Below the pieces are notes generated by a model, which saw only the letters and a program-made list of their open reading frames with translations, was not told the DNA's origin and ran no database searches. A stretch of 64,000 bases of DNA from the NCBI GenBank assembly GCA_964544625.1, contig CAZJBQ010000002.1:49462-113461 (forward strand), in the 5' to 3' direction. The DNA is from an uncultured Candidatus Peribacteria bacterium (lineage in GTDB: Bacteria; Patescibacteriota; Gracilibacteria; BD1-5; JAGOOR01). The position numbers and the translations under genes are program-made. Of the stretch, positions 21,989 through 32,605 are shown in pieces (position 1 is the stretch's first letter; every line of letters starts with the position of its first letter).

Positions 21989-22852
21989 ATGAAACCAAAT
22001 GAGCAATTAGATCTGCCACTACAAGACCTACCAAGAACTGATATTCAACGGTGGTCTCGTCTCATACCAACTCATATTCAAAGTAGGTTGCAATTACATG
22101 GGTGGGCACAATTACCCATTGAGCAAATACATACTGAACTCAAAATCCATGCTGGATATCCACAGGCGGAAGATATGATTATGCGACTTTGTTTATTAGC
22201 AGATCGATATGATGATGAACACAACGTGCGTTTGGGGGAACTTTTTAAATCTCAGGATTGGTATCCTCCCGAGCCAACAGTAAAATTAAATCCTGGTTTT
22301 TTTCAAAAACTGGAGCAGTTATTCCAGAGACTCTGATGTGTGCATATCTACGATATATTCATTGTTTGAAATTCGAGTGTTATCCTTGATCATGAACAGG
22401 ATGAAAGTGTACAACAATTATGGGATTATCTACATATCTATGCAGGAAAGGCATTACGAACCAGTATACAACAAGACCAAGAGGAAACTGATGAAAATGC
22501 TACTTCTGACTATGATGATTTACGAAGCCGTATAGAGGAATTAACAGCCCAAATCAATGTACGTAATTCTTCTGTGCGACCTACCGTAGGACATACATAC
22601 TACCGAGACACTCATACTCACGAGACGCACAATGACAATCGCCAGTGAATTGGCTTTTATAAGATGATGACAATCGCTCTTATTGCGTCGATTATTGGTG
22701 CAACTGCCGTACAACGAGAATGGCTGCAACTCGGCAAAATCAAGCGAGATTTTTACGCTCTTATCAGCATGTTTCAAGGTAAGGAGACACCCAAGGCCAT
22801 CCAAGTTACTCCCGAACAAATGAGAGAATTAGAAGCACAGGATAAACAATAG
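21989..22852 (+). CDS. hypothetical protein (287 aa), C-terminal TM helix
   Basis: Track ORFs 21956 and 22664 share frame 2. The gap between them has only TGA codons. Confidence 0.5.
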
Positions 22853-22860
22853 TCATTTCC

Positions 22861-23835
22861 ATGGAAGATTTTGATTTACATGATAGACCTCATGTTTCTT
22901 TTGAAAAACCAGCGGATGATATCCTAGATTATGAATTATTCTTCCCAGAGACGTTTGTATTTTTACGAAAACACGGGATGGAGTGTTTGTCATTTGACGA
23001 ATTAGAACATCGTTGGAATGCTCGTCGTCACTTCCCAGCGTATCAGCAACATCAGCGTTTCTTTTTATCCTTACCATCGCTCAGAACGGCATCAGAATAC
23101 TACAGTACTCACACAGAAAACTATACGCAAGATATAGTACCATATACCAGGTTTTTCTCTCAAGAATTTCTCTGATGGCTCGATGAGCGATGATATATAA
23201 AACTCTCATTTGAGGATCTGCAGAAGAGATGGGAACTCTACCATTCTTTTGACCAACAGATGAAAAAGTATACAAAGGAATTTAAAATGCTTCGGTACAT
23301 CGAACTCCTGCGGCCATTACAGGGTGATGTGAACAATCTCCTGATGACAAATCTCCTCGATCATCCAGTCTGGTGACTGACTCCAGCTCAACGTGAAGCA
23401 TTTGGGCAAGCGTGTGAAAATATCGGTTGGCAGAGGTTATTTGATGCATTTGTTATTTTCTGAGGAACACCATTGCATGTATCAGATATCTGTGAAATGC
23501 CAGCATTGATACCTTTTTGAGATCAGATAGATCGGATTTTCCATTGTGCTCATGAATCACTCAAGTGTGCTATAGATGAAAAAACACTTCCTGAGGGTGA
23601 CTGGTTCGGCCCACGTATTATGTTTGCTGAAAATAGTATACGAAAACATCATGATATTCCGAGCTCTACGGTGATGATAGTGGCATGAATTATAGTATTT
23701 CAGATAGTATGAATATTGGCCGCACTTGATGCTACATCGAGACACCCTCGTGTGATATATCCAGGAGTGATAGATGATATACGAGCTCGCTGTGCAGAAA
23801 TATATGCTGGCATTTCTGGTATTTTTCCCGAATAA
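22861..23835 (+). CDS. hypothetical protein (324 aa)
   Basis: Frame 1 is open through seven TGA to TAA 23833. Checked line by line. Confidence 0.55.
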
Positions 23836-23837
23836 AT

Positions 23838-23978
23838 TTGATTTTCCATATAGACGCTTACAATATCTCTATGACATCTCGTCACAACATGATTATTATT
23901 ATCGCTTCGCATCACGCAGAGGGATAATATTTTCTTGTCATCATATTTTCTAACCTCTGCATCCGCAGAGGTTTTTTT
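23838..23978 (+). promoter_or_regulatory. isoleucine leader-peptide attenuator of ilvA
   Basis: TTGATT-15-TACAAT, then 6 nt, then ATG 23871. Leader encodes MTSRHNMIIIIASHHAEG (23871-23927). GCAGAGG at 23916-22 duplicates the terminator 3' arm (23965-71). The 5' arm CCTCTGC is at 23954-60. U7 at 23972-78. Confidence 0.7.
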
Positions 23979-23990
23979 ATTTTCTTTTTT

Positions 23991-25193
23991 ATGAAAACCA
24001 TCACACGTCCCGAGATAGAGAGGGCACAATCAGTTCTCCGAGAACATCGCATAGGAAATACTCCACTCACATCTCTTCAAAATCTCGTATCGTACCGACA
24101 AGGTACTGTACTTGGGAAGCGCGAAGATGAAAATGAGATAGGTTCGTACAAGATACGATGAGCGCTCTATGCTATCTCTCAACTCTCGCCTGAGCAGAAA
24201 AAAAGAGGAGTTGTCTGTGCATCGGCTGGCAATCATGCTCAGTGAGTTGCCTATGCTTGCAAACTCATGTGAATCCAATGAGTTATCTATATGCCCCGTA
24301 CGACGGACGCTACGAAAGTACGTCGAGTAAAGGAATTCGGTTGAGCCTCTGTTGAGGTTCGACTCGTATGAGATTATTTTGATCAGGCACAACAGGCCGC
24401 AAAGAAATATCAACGAGAAAAACGAGCCACTTTTGTCCATCCATTTGATGACCGTGACGTCATCATAGGGCAATCAACAGTGACGGCAGAAATACTTCAT
24501 GAAAATCCAAAAATACAAAATCTCATCTATCCTGTTGGTGGTGGTGGACTCATGACTGGAGGTATCATGGCACGTGATGCTCTCGGGAGTAGTGCTCTTA
24601 TTATCGGTGTAGAGCCAGCAGGAGCGCCGAGTATGACGCATGCCCTGGAACAATGAAAAAATTCTGCACTCAGTCACGTCAATAGATTTGTTGGATGAGC
24701 CGCTGTCGCTCAGGTCGGGAAAAATACATTTGATATTGTTCGAAAATCATGATCACAGATAGCCCTCGTTCCAGAGTGACGTGTGGCTCAGACAATGATT
24801 GATTTTCATCATGCTGGTGAAGTAGTCGAACCTGCGGGAGCACTCTGACTGGCAGGGGTTCATGTTCTTTCAGGCAAGCTTCGCGGGAGTGTCACCACTG
24901 TAGTATCTGGTCGATGCGTCTCTCCCAGTATGTGGACTGAAGTCCAGGGTTTAGCTGAGAAATTTAGTGGCAGAAAAATGATACTTGATATCATATTCCC
25001 CGAGAGAGAGGGCGCTCTTTCTTCTCTCCTCAAAGTACTTCCAAGGGGAATAAATATTGTTGCCTTTAATTATCAGAAACATTCTGGTCCATCGAGTCCA
25101 GCTCGGATAGAATTTGAGGGTGAGCCCGCCTCTCTTCATCGGGTACCATTTTTGATAAAAAAGGCTGGTTTTGCCTATTCTGAAGCGGAATAA
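23991..25193 (+). CDS. ilvA: threonine dehydratase (threonine ammonia-lyase) with C-terminal regulatory domain
   Basis: SYKIRG(TGA)A lysine motif, ASAGNHAQG(TGA)VA and GGGGL loop. 400 aa in one frame. Confidence 0.9.
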
Positions 25194-25317
25194 TATTCAT
25201 TCCAAAATTCCTACGAAAAATGCAAGATATTTCCTATTCAAATCACTTGCACAAAAAATGTATTCGCACTCATGTGCTTTTGAGGCGGGTTTTTGAAAAA
25301 CTCACACAAAATCATTT

Positions 25318-25365
25318 GACTAGATATAGTGTCTGGATATAAAGGTTGGACACAAGATATTGTGT
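25318..25365. promoter_or_regulatory. tandem NrdR-type boxes overlapping the nrdA promoter
   Basis: GACTAGATATAGTGTC (25318-33) and ACACAAGATATTGTGT (25350-65), 32 bp apart. TTGACT/TATAAA promoter lies between and around them. Confidence 0.65.
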
Positions 25366-25433
25366 TTGGTCGATTTTTCTACCAACCCAAAAACTTCCCA
25401 ATTTTCCTCCTTATTTTCTAATAAAGTTGTCGT

Positions 25434-28268
25434 ATGACTCTGGACTCCATCCGCAAGCGCAATAATGAGCTTGTTCCCTTTGACCGCTCTCGCATCGAAA
25501 GTGCTATTGAGCAGGCTTGTATCGCTATTGGTTATAACGATATAGCCTTTATACCCCAGATTACGACAGAGATCATTCTCGCTCTCCAGACTCGATTCGG
25601 AGGAACAGAATATGTCCCGAGTGTGGAGGATATCCAGGATTCAGTAGAGCTTCATCTCATGCGCTCTGGTCGATTCGAAGTAGCAAAAGAATACATCACG
25701 TACCGTCAGAAGCGTATCGAAGAGAGAAATGAAATCGTCGAAGAAAAAATCGAAAAACAAGAACTCAAGGTCCAGAAACGTGATGGAAAAGTAGAAGCAT
25801 TTGACATGGGCAAAGTTCGTCGTGTTTTCGAACTCGCTGCCAACGGTCATCCAGCGATTGATCTCGATCTCCTCGTGAGCAACTTCCACACCAATATATT
25901 TGATGGTATCCACTCTCGAGATATCGCTCAAGCGACTATCATGACAGCGAAGAGTTATATCGAGCGTGATCCGCAGTACTCATACCTCGCTGCCAAGCTC
26001 TTCCTCATGAACTACTACAAGGACCTCATCGGTTCTGCAGATATGAAAAATTCTGGATTTACCAAGTGTTATCATGAAGCATTCAAATACAACCTCAAAT
26101 TCCTGGTAGAAACAGACCATCTCTCTGCTGATCTCATGTCATATGACCTCGATAAACTCGCAGAAGCAATTGATCCAACCCGAGACAATATCCTCACCTA
26201 CCTCTCAGTTCAGAATCTCTACGACCGATACTTTATCCACCATGAGAAAAACCGTCGTGAACTCCCACAAGCATTCTGGATGCGTGTCGCTATGGGTCTC
26301 GCAAAACGAGAAACAGATAAAGAAAAATGGGCAATCCAATTCTATCATCAGCTCTCACAACTCCACTTCGTGAGCTCAACTCCGACCCTCTTCAACTCAG
26401 GGACAAAGCGAAGTCAGCTCTCATCATGCTACCTCTCAACAGTTGATGATGATCTCCACTCAATTTTCAAAATCATTGCCGATGATGCTCAGCTCAGTAA
26501 ATGGGCAGGAGGTCTCGGAAACGACTGGACCAATATCCGTGCGACAGGTTCAAAAATCAAGGGAACAAATGGTGAATCTCAGGGTGTTATCCCATTCCTC
26601 AAGATCGCAAACGATACTGCTGTAGCAGTCAATCAGGGTGGTAAACGAAAAGGTGCGCTCTGTGCGTACATCGAGTGTTGGCATCTTGATTTCCCAGATT
26701 TCTCAGAACTCCGCAAAAATACTGGTGATGAGCGTCGTCGTACTCACGATATGAATACGGCTGCGTGGATCCCTGATCTTTTCATGAAACGTGTACAGGA
26801 AGACGGTAATTGGACACTCTTCTCTCCATCAGATGTTCCAGACCTTCACCACATCTACGGTTCTGCTTTCGAACGCAAATACGCTGAATACGAGAAAATG
26901 ACTCACAATGGTCAAATCACACACTTCAAGGTCATGAAAGCAAAAGACCTCTGGAGAAAAATCCTCTCTATGCTCTTCGAGACGGGTCACCCATGGATTA
27001 CATTCAAGGACCCATGCAATGTCCGCTCTCCTCAAGACCACGCAGGTGTCATCCACAACTCAAATCTCTGTACAGAAATCACACTCAATACTTCAGCAGA
27101 AGAGACAGCCGTGTGTAACCTCGGTTCAGTCAATCTCGCTCGTCATATGAAGGATGGAAAACTCGATCATACTATGCTCGCAGAAACAGTAAAAACTGGT
27201 ATGCGTATGCTCGATAATGTCGTCGATATCAATTTCTACCCAACAAAAGAAGCAGAAACTTCAAACATGCGTCACCGACCCGTCGGTCTCGGTATCATGG
27301 GTCTCGCAGATGCTCTCTACATGCTCGATATCGATTTCGACAGTGAAGAAGCTGTGAAATACAACGATGAAATGATGGAGGCTATCAGCTACTACGCTAT
27401 CCTCGGTAGCTCTGAGCTCGCAAAAGAACGTGGTGCCTATTCATCTTTCCCAGGTTCAAAATGGGATCGCGGAATTCTCCCTCTCGATACACTCTCTCTC
27501 CTCGACGCTGAGCGTGGTGAACGTGTCGATGTGAATCGTAACTGTACTCTCGACTGGACTCCAGTACGCGAATCTATCAAGCAGTACGGTATGAGAAACT
27601 CTAACTGTATGGCTATCGCTCCAACAGCAACTATCTCAAATATCGTTGGTGTCTACCCATGTATCGAACCGATCTACAAAAATCTCTACGTGAAATCAAA
27701 TCTCTCAGGAGAATTCACTGTCATCAATGACTACCTCGTCGCTGACCTCCAAAAGGCTGGCCTCTGGGACGCTCAGATGGTCGCAGAACTCAAGTTCCAC
27801 GATGGTTCTATCCAGAAGATTGACCGCATCCCAGCTCGTCTCCGCGCGAAGTACAAAGAAGTCTTTGAAATCTCACCAGAATGGGTGATCAAAGCTGCTG
27901 CTGTCCGTGGTAAATGGATCGACCAGTCTCAGTCAGTTAATATCTTCATAAAAGGTGCTTCAGGAAAAGTCCTCAACGATACCTATATGATGGCATGGAA
28001 GATGGGTCTTAAAACCACTTACTACCTCCGAACTCTCGGTGCTACGGCTATCGAAAAATCAACCTCTGCGTCTGCTGCTCTCGCTGGTTCTCACGTTTCA
28101 AGTGGTACAACAGCAACTGTCGAAGCGGTCGGTGTCACAGCTCCATCAGCACCAGCAGTTCCATCAGGAGAACTCGAGATGTCTGCAAAACCAAAAAAGG
28201 AATACACTGAAGCCGAAAAGGTCATGTGTTCTATCCTCAATGGGCCCAGCTGTGAAGCTTGTCAGTAA
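25434..28268 (+). CDS. nrdA: class I ribonucleotide reductase alpha subunit with N-terminal ATP-cone(s)
   Basis: Intact 944-aa ORF. ATP-cone N-terminus, NLCTEI active-site motif, C-terminal CEAC pair. Confidence 0.95.
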   Translation: MTLDSIRKRNNELVPFDRSRIESAIEQACIAIGYNDIAFIPQITTEIILALQTRFGGTEYVPSVEDIQDSVELHLMRSGRFEVAKEYITYRQKRIEERNEIVEEKIEKQELKVQKRDGKVEAFDMGKVRRVFELAANGHPAIDLDLLVSNFHTNIFDGIHSRDIAQATIMTAKSYIERDPQYSYLAAKLFLMNYYKDLIGSADMKNSGFTKCYHEAFKYNLKFLVETDHLSADLMSYDLDKLAEAIDPTRDNILTYLSVQNLYDRYFIHHEKNRRELPQAFWMRVAMGLAKRETDKEKWAIQFYHQLSQLHFVSSTPTLFNSGTKRSQLSSCYLSTVDDDLHSIFKIIADDAQLSKWAGGLGNDWTNIRATGSKIKGTNGESQGVIPFLKIANDTAVAVNQGGKRKGALCAYIECWHLDFPDFSELRKNTGDERRRTHDMNTAAWIPDLFMKRVQEDGNWTLFSPSDVPDLHHIYGSAFERKYAEYEKMTHNGQITHFKVMKAKDLWRKILSMLFETGHPWITFKDPCNVRSPQDHAGVIHNSNLCTEITLNTSAEETAVCNLGSVNLARHMKDGKLDHTMLAETVKTGMRMLDNVVDINFYPTKEAETSNMRHRPVGLGIMGLADALYMLDIDFDSEEAVKYNDEMMEAISYYAILGSSELAKERGAYSSFPGSKWDRGILPLDTLSLLDAERGERVDVNRNCTLDWTPVRESIKQYGMRNSNCMAIAPTATISNIVGVYPCIEPIYKNLYVKSNLSGEFTVINDYLVADLQKAGLWDAQMVAELKFHDGSIQKIDRIPARLRAKYKEVFEISPEWVIKAAAVRGKWIDQSQSVNIFIKGASGKVLNDTYMMAWKMGLKTTYYLRTLGATAIEKSTSASAALAGSHVSSGTTATVEAVGVTAPSAPAVPSGELEMSAKPKKEYTEAEKVMCSILNGPSCEACQ

Positions 28269-28276
28269 AACTTTAG

Positions 28277-28298
28277 CCCGTCCAATTGGACGGGTTTT
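28277..28298 (+). terminator. intrinsic terminator after nrdA
   Basis: CCCGTCC-AATT-GGACGGG followed by TTTT. Confidence 0.7.
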
Positions 28299-28309
28299 AA
28301 TTTGATATT

Positions 28310-28765
28310 ATGGAACAGCATTTGTTAATTCGTATAGCCTCTTTTGCTTTTTTGGAACAAAATACTTTTACTAAAAAAGGTTTGATTGATAGTATCTGTC
28401 CTAATCAAACAGAAGAGCAAATACAAAAGCAAATTCTGAATAAGTATTTTGAAAATGCTCTTAATGCTAATTCTGGGCATCATCCTGATTTAGAGACTCC
28501 TTTCTTTGTTTTTCTAATGGATCATAATTTATCAGACAGGATTCTTTATAGTGTTAAGAGAGATGTGATCTTTTCATATATTGATTATCTTGAACTCAAA
28601 GAAGCAAGAAAAGCATCCAGAAGTGCTATGGGATGGGCCATAGCTGCTATCGCGATAAATGTAATTGCCATATGAGTCTCGATTTATACATCGATTTCCA
28701 CTGAGATAGATCAGAATCAATTTCGAGAAATCAAAAATATAATCAGCTCGGAAGCTAAAAAATAA
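28310..28765 (+). CDS. hypothetical protein (151 aa), one TM segment
   Basis: Track ORF extended through TGA 28673 to TAA 28763. Confidence 0.5.
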
Positions 28766-28780
28766 TTTTTCACCTTTCCT

Positions 28781-28990
28781 ATGCCCGCAGAACCAACTCC
28801 ATCACCAGTGCCTGCCCCTGAGGAGCTCGAGTTATTTCAACCACCAAGACCAGATACTTCATCACATACTTGAGGTCTACCCGACATGGATATGAATACA
28901 GGAGGTTTTGTTGATGAGAAGAAAAAATGAACCTGCGATAGATGTGCCAATTGTTTGGCATGTAAGAGGCGAAAGGAGGGTGGGGAGTAA
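28781..28990 (+). CDS. small Pro-rich protein with C-terminal CxxCxxCxxC (69 aa)
   Basis: ATG 28781 to TAA 28988. Ends ...GTCDRCANCLACKRRKEGGE. Two in-frame TGA. Confidence 0.4.
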
Positions 28991-29048
28991 GAGGGGTTTT
29001 ACAATACGTGCTTCAGAATATAATTTCTGAAATTCATAACTCGAGACT

Positions 29049-29489
29049 ATGTCGACACAAGATATCACAGTTATCAGCATCATCACAGTTGTTTGTAGTA
29101 TCATGTTTTTCGTTGGTCTTCGTCTCCGTCGAAACGAGAGACGGCTCGATGCTGTCTGAATCAGGACAAAGGGGCAGATTATTTCTTATAATCCACGAGA
29201 TGCAGGTTTAGGAGTTCAGACCACAGGCAAGGTAACATGGTACAAGAAAGTGAAATTTGTAACCCAAGATGGAGGAGAGATTGTATTTCAGGGTAGACTC
29301 GGGACTCTACCGGGCGAGCCTGGTCGAGAGACCCCAGTCATCTATGATCCATCGAATCCAGAATCCGCTCTGATAGATACATTTGTAGAGAGAGAAGCTC
29401 CGTGGATTATTTTTGTGAGTGTTTCTGTGCTTATCCTCCTCAGTCTCTGAATAGCGTTTATTTTTCTCGGTGAACTTCATTGGGCGTAG
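29049..29489 (+). CDS. DUF3592-like membrane protein (TM, beta domain, TM)
   Basis: N- and C-terminal hydrophobic helices flank a soluble domain. Two in-frame TGA. Confidence 0.5.
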
Positions 29490-29545
29490 TCGTATTTTGA
29501 CAAATATATTTTCAGACCATAATGATATAAAATAACTTTTTATTT

Positions 29546-30250
29546 ATGATTATTGAAATTATTCCGGGTAATATTTTAACGAAAGAAGATTTGGCAGGAG
29601 AAAAGCCTGGTGAGCCAAAGCGAATTCTAGCATGAACAAACCATCAGTGAATCAATAAGCGAGGATTTTTGCATGAAGTAGGCAGCCGATACAATCAGCA
29701 ACTCTGTCAATTACTCAACGCAGGCAAGTCTGTGCCACTCGGACACGTGTTCTCAATTCCTTGTGATATCGATGGTATGGATACTATCATACATCCTATT
29801 GCTGTGAATCGACGTTTAGATCCTCAGACTCAAGATTGGTCTGAGTTATGACCGAGTCTTCGAGATGCTCTGAATTATCTCTATGTACATCGAAACCTTG
29901 GACAAGAAGAAGCGACAGAAGAAGAAAATGTCATTGATGGACCGCTCTTGGAGAGAATTCGAGGTATTGTTCCGAGTCCAGGAATAGACGTTGCACATCA
30001 AGTTCGAGAGATGGTCCTCGCTCATATTCGTGCAACGAGAGAGCCCGTTCGAAGCGTCTTGATAGGAGGTGCTGATGGTCAGAAAAATAATGCCGATCTT
30101 ACTAAAACTATCTCGGCTATGGAAGATTCACTCTTGCCAATTATTTTATTCCTAGGAACTGAAGCTCAAAAAGTTGCAGTCAGAAATGTCATACCACTTT
30201 TCCCAGCACTTCAGGCTAGAAAAAAACTCGTCGAGGCAGTGGCAGCATAG
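29546..30250 (+). CDS. hypothetical protein, possibly macro-domain-like (234 aa)
   Basis: Three same-frame fragments. IIPGNIL...AG(TGA)TNHQG(TGA)...VPLGHVFSIP...TIIHPIAV loosely resembles a macro fold. Weak. Confidence 0.4.
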
Positions 30251-30261
30251 ATTAAGAATTT

Positions 30262-30885
30262 ATGTGGACCGAATCTAACTCATTTCCTGATAATCGTGCT
30301 TGTCCTAGGATAGATACACGATGGGTGCATGGAGGTGATAGTGCTATCAATCTCATTCGTGCCAGTGGTGATTCTGCTGGTTCTATTTTTCGCTCTCAGC
30401 GACATGGTACTTCGCCAGAAACTTCCGCCGGGCTGGCCTATATCCGAAATCAAGAACAAAAGCCAGAATTAGAATTGGAGGCAACAAATCATATGGGTAC
30501 TTCGGTCTGGAGACCAGCGAATGATACATGAGGCCTCCTCGCGTGTCGACCACTCTCTGACAAGAGTATGATCCTTACAGCAATTCGGGCAGACGTAGTC
30601 GCACAAGTTACCTTGCTCGTGACGACAGATGCGACTTTTTCTCTTCCAGAGGTGGCAGAGGGTGTAGTTATTTCTCCTGAACAATTCTGACCTTTTCGGT
30701 ATTTACCAGTTTGTATGCGACGAGACTGGGAGAGAACAAAATTTGATTTTGCTCATAATACAACACCACAAGACGCTATTCGTCAGGAGCCGAAATTCTT
30801 TGATTTTCAAGATGGTGTCACAGAGGATGTTGAGGCAATTCTCGCAGAAATTGCCAAATATCATCCAGATAGTCATCTGTTTTAA
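30262..30885 (+). CDS. hypothetical protein (207 aa)
   Basis: Frame 1 from ATG 30262 through two TGA to TAA 30883. Confidence 0.5.
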
Positions 30886-31107
30886 TTCTCTATCTCCGAC
30901 TTTCTCCTCATAGAACGATTCGAAGACGAGGCAGGACTCAACGCAGCACTGCAGTTATGACCGTTATATAATCAACCAGGAGAAATACAAGAAGAGAGCG
31001 AGCATCATTGTGTCTTACGAGAAAGGGGGAATGAAATCTGTGTGGCTCAAGCGCTATGAGTTCCAGTTTTACTCGAAACAACAGAAGAGCGAGTCCAGAG
31101 GATTCTC

Positions 31108-31872
31108 ATGCCAAATAGTTCAGTTATTATTGATACACAATGAGTACGAGATTTTTGTCGGGGAAAATCAGCCCTCTTCCGACACTATCCATACGATACT
31201 GTCAAAGCAGCTGAAGCAAGGATTGATTTCTTAGTTGATGGAAAACCACTGATTGAAAATGCGTCCCTCGATAATCCAGGATATGTCATGTTCAACTCCC
31301 CAGAAGAAGAATCGCGGGTAGATATATGGCCAAGCGTTGTCGATACACGGTTTTTGCAGAGAAATGTTCACCCCTACAGTTGTTCGTATGAACAATTGAA
31401 ATCTTATTTTCATGATGATGGATTTTATGGTCCAGATGGTTTCGTTGTTTCCTATCCTGTTTTCGTAAAAACTCAACACAAAGCTATATCTCATGTCGTG
31501 GAGAATAGGCATGATTTTGGACATCTCGGAGTCTACGGTATGCATACAGAGTATTTCGTCGGAGAGGTGATCGATATTGCTCAGGATGAGATTGGCAAGA
31601 GAGAATTCCGTACCTATATAGTCGGCGGCAGAGCTATAAATGCTGCTCGGATGTGGGAGGATTATGATGATTATAATATACCAGCCGGATTGCTCGATTT
31701 CGCACAGTGATTCGCGACACACCACGCCTCCCACTTCCAAACCTATGGACTCGATATCGCTGAGCTATCTGATGGATCATTTGCCGTGGTGGAGCTCAAT
31801 GGTATAGCACGAGCAGGTCGATACTTTGGGAACAAATTTGAGCCGATACTGAGGGCTGTGCGTGGTTTTTAG
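31108..31872 (+). CDS. ATP-grasp-like protein; start uncertain (frame open back to 30886)
   Basis: EFRTYIVGGRAINAARM and AVVELNGIARAG resemble ATP-grasp C-domain motifs. The same frame as the upstream gene is open immediately after its TAA. Confidence 0.5.
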
Positions 31873-32120
31873 GGGCCTAAGAGGTGATTTATAATCGACG
31901 AACTGTGTTTTTCCGCTTCAAATAAGCATTTTCACGTATACAAATTGTGTACAAACCCCCATAAAAAGCCTATTTTAAGCGCTCAAGAGGCATTTTTTAC
32001 CTATTTTGAGTCTATAGAAGAGAAATGGCTTGCATATGCGATTATTTTTTTATCACGATATATTTCTCATTTTCTGCAATGAGCAGGGAACTTCATTTCT
32101 GGAGTAGACGTGCTATACTA

Positions 32121-32532
32121 ACCTTACAAATTGTTCTTGTGATTTTTGCAACGTTGACTACGTGATGGAGTGAGCTTAACGGGCTCTCACCGCATTTCAA
32201 ATAAAGATACAAAGATACGAAGAAGGCTTGCCTCCTCTATCCTATTATCATCTTTTGATATCACTTGTTCAGACGAGCGTATGATATCTCACATCGAGAT
32301 ATGATATGCTCGCCTGTAATTGGGTGATACGATTGAAGCCGGGTGAAAATGCTACCATTACCAAAGCGCAGTCAAGACCTTGTTCCAAGTTTGTCGAGGT
32401 ACGTCATGTCGTGAATGACGCATGTATTTCATGTCCGGCTCAACAATAGATATTTTTATCAACCGAGCTGTGGTATGAGAACGCACAAGAGGACTCTTTC
32501 CCAGAAATTACCCAATTTCTGGGAATTTTTTT
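32121..32532 (+). ncRNA. candidate structured non-coding RNA, class unknown
   Basis: No credible ORF. 16-bp hairpin at 32273-32313, further hairpins, pairing AGCCGG (32336-41)/CCGGCT (32435-40). Strong terminator at 32500-32532 (10-bp stem plus U7). Confidence 0.3.
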
Positions 32533-32605
32533 GCCCTCTTCACGACCAAGACATATTGACTCACACGAACTGAGAGTACTATAGAAAACATAATTTCATT
32601 CTCTT

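Noticed and set aside
31231-31740. 169-aa minus-strand ORF
   Set aside because: It is antisense to the ATP-grasp-like frame, and its sequence (for example a run IIIIIII) looks non-genic.
32121-32532. Identifying the ORF-free region as RNase P RNA or tmRNA
   Set aside because: I looked for GAGGAAAGUCC-type CR-I, the ACAGAA..GGCUUA 3' element at proper spacing, a GGGG 5' end and a tRNA-like GGUUCGA..CCACCA 3' end. None is present. The AGCCGG/CCGGCU pairing is only about 100 nt apart, too short for RNase P. I left it as an unclassified candidate.
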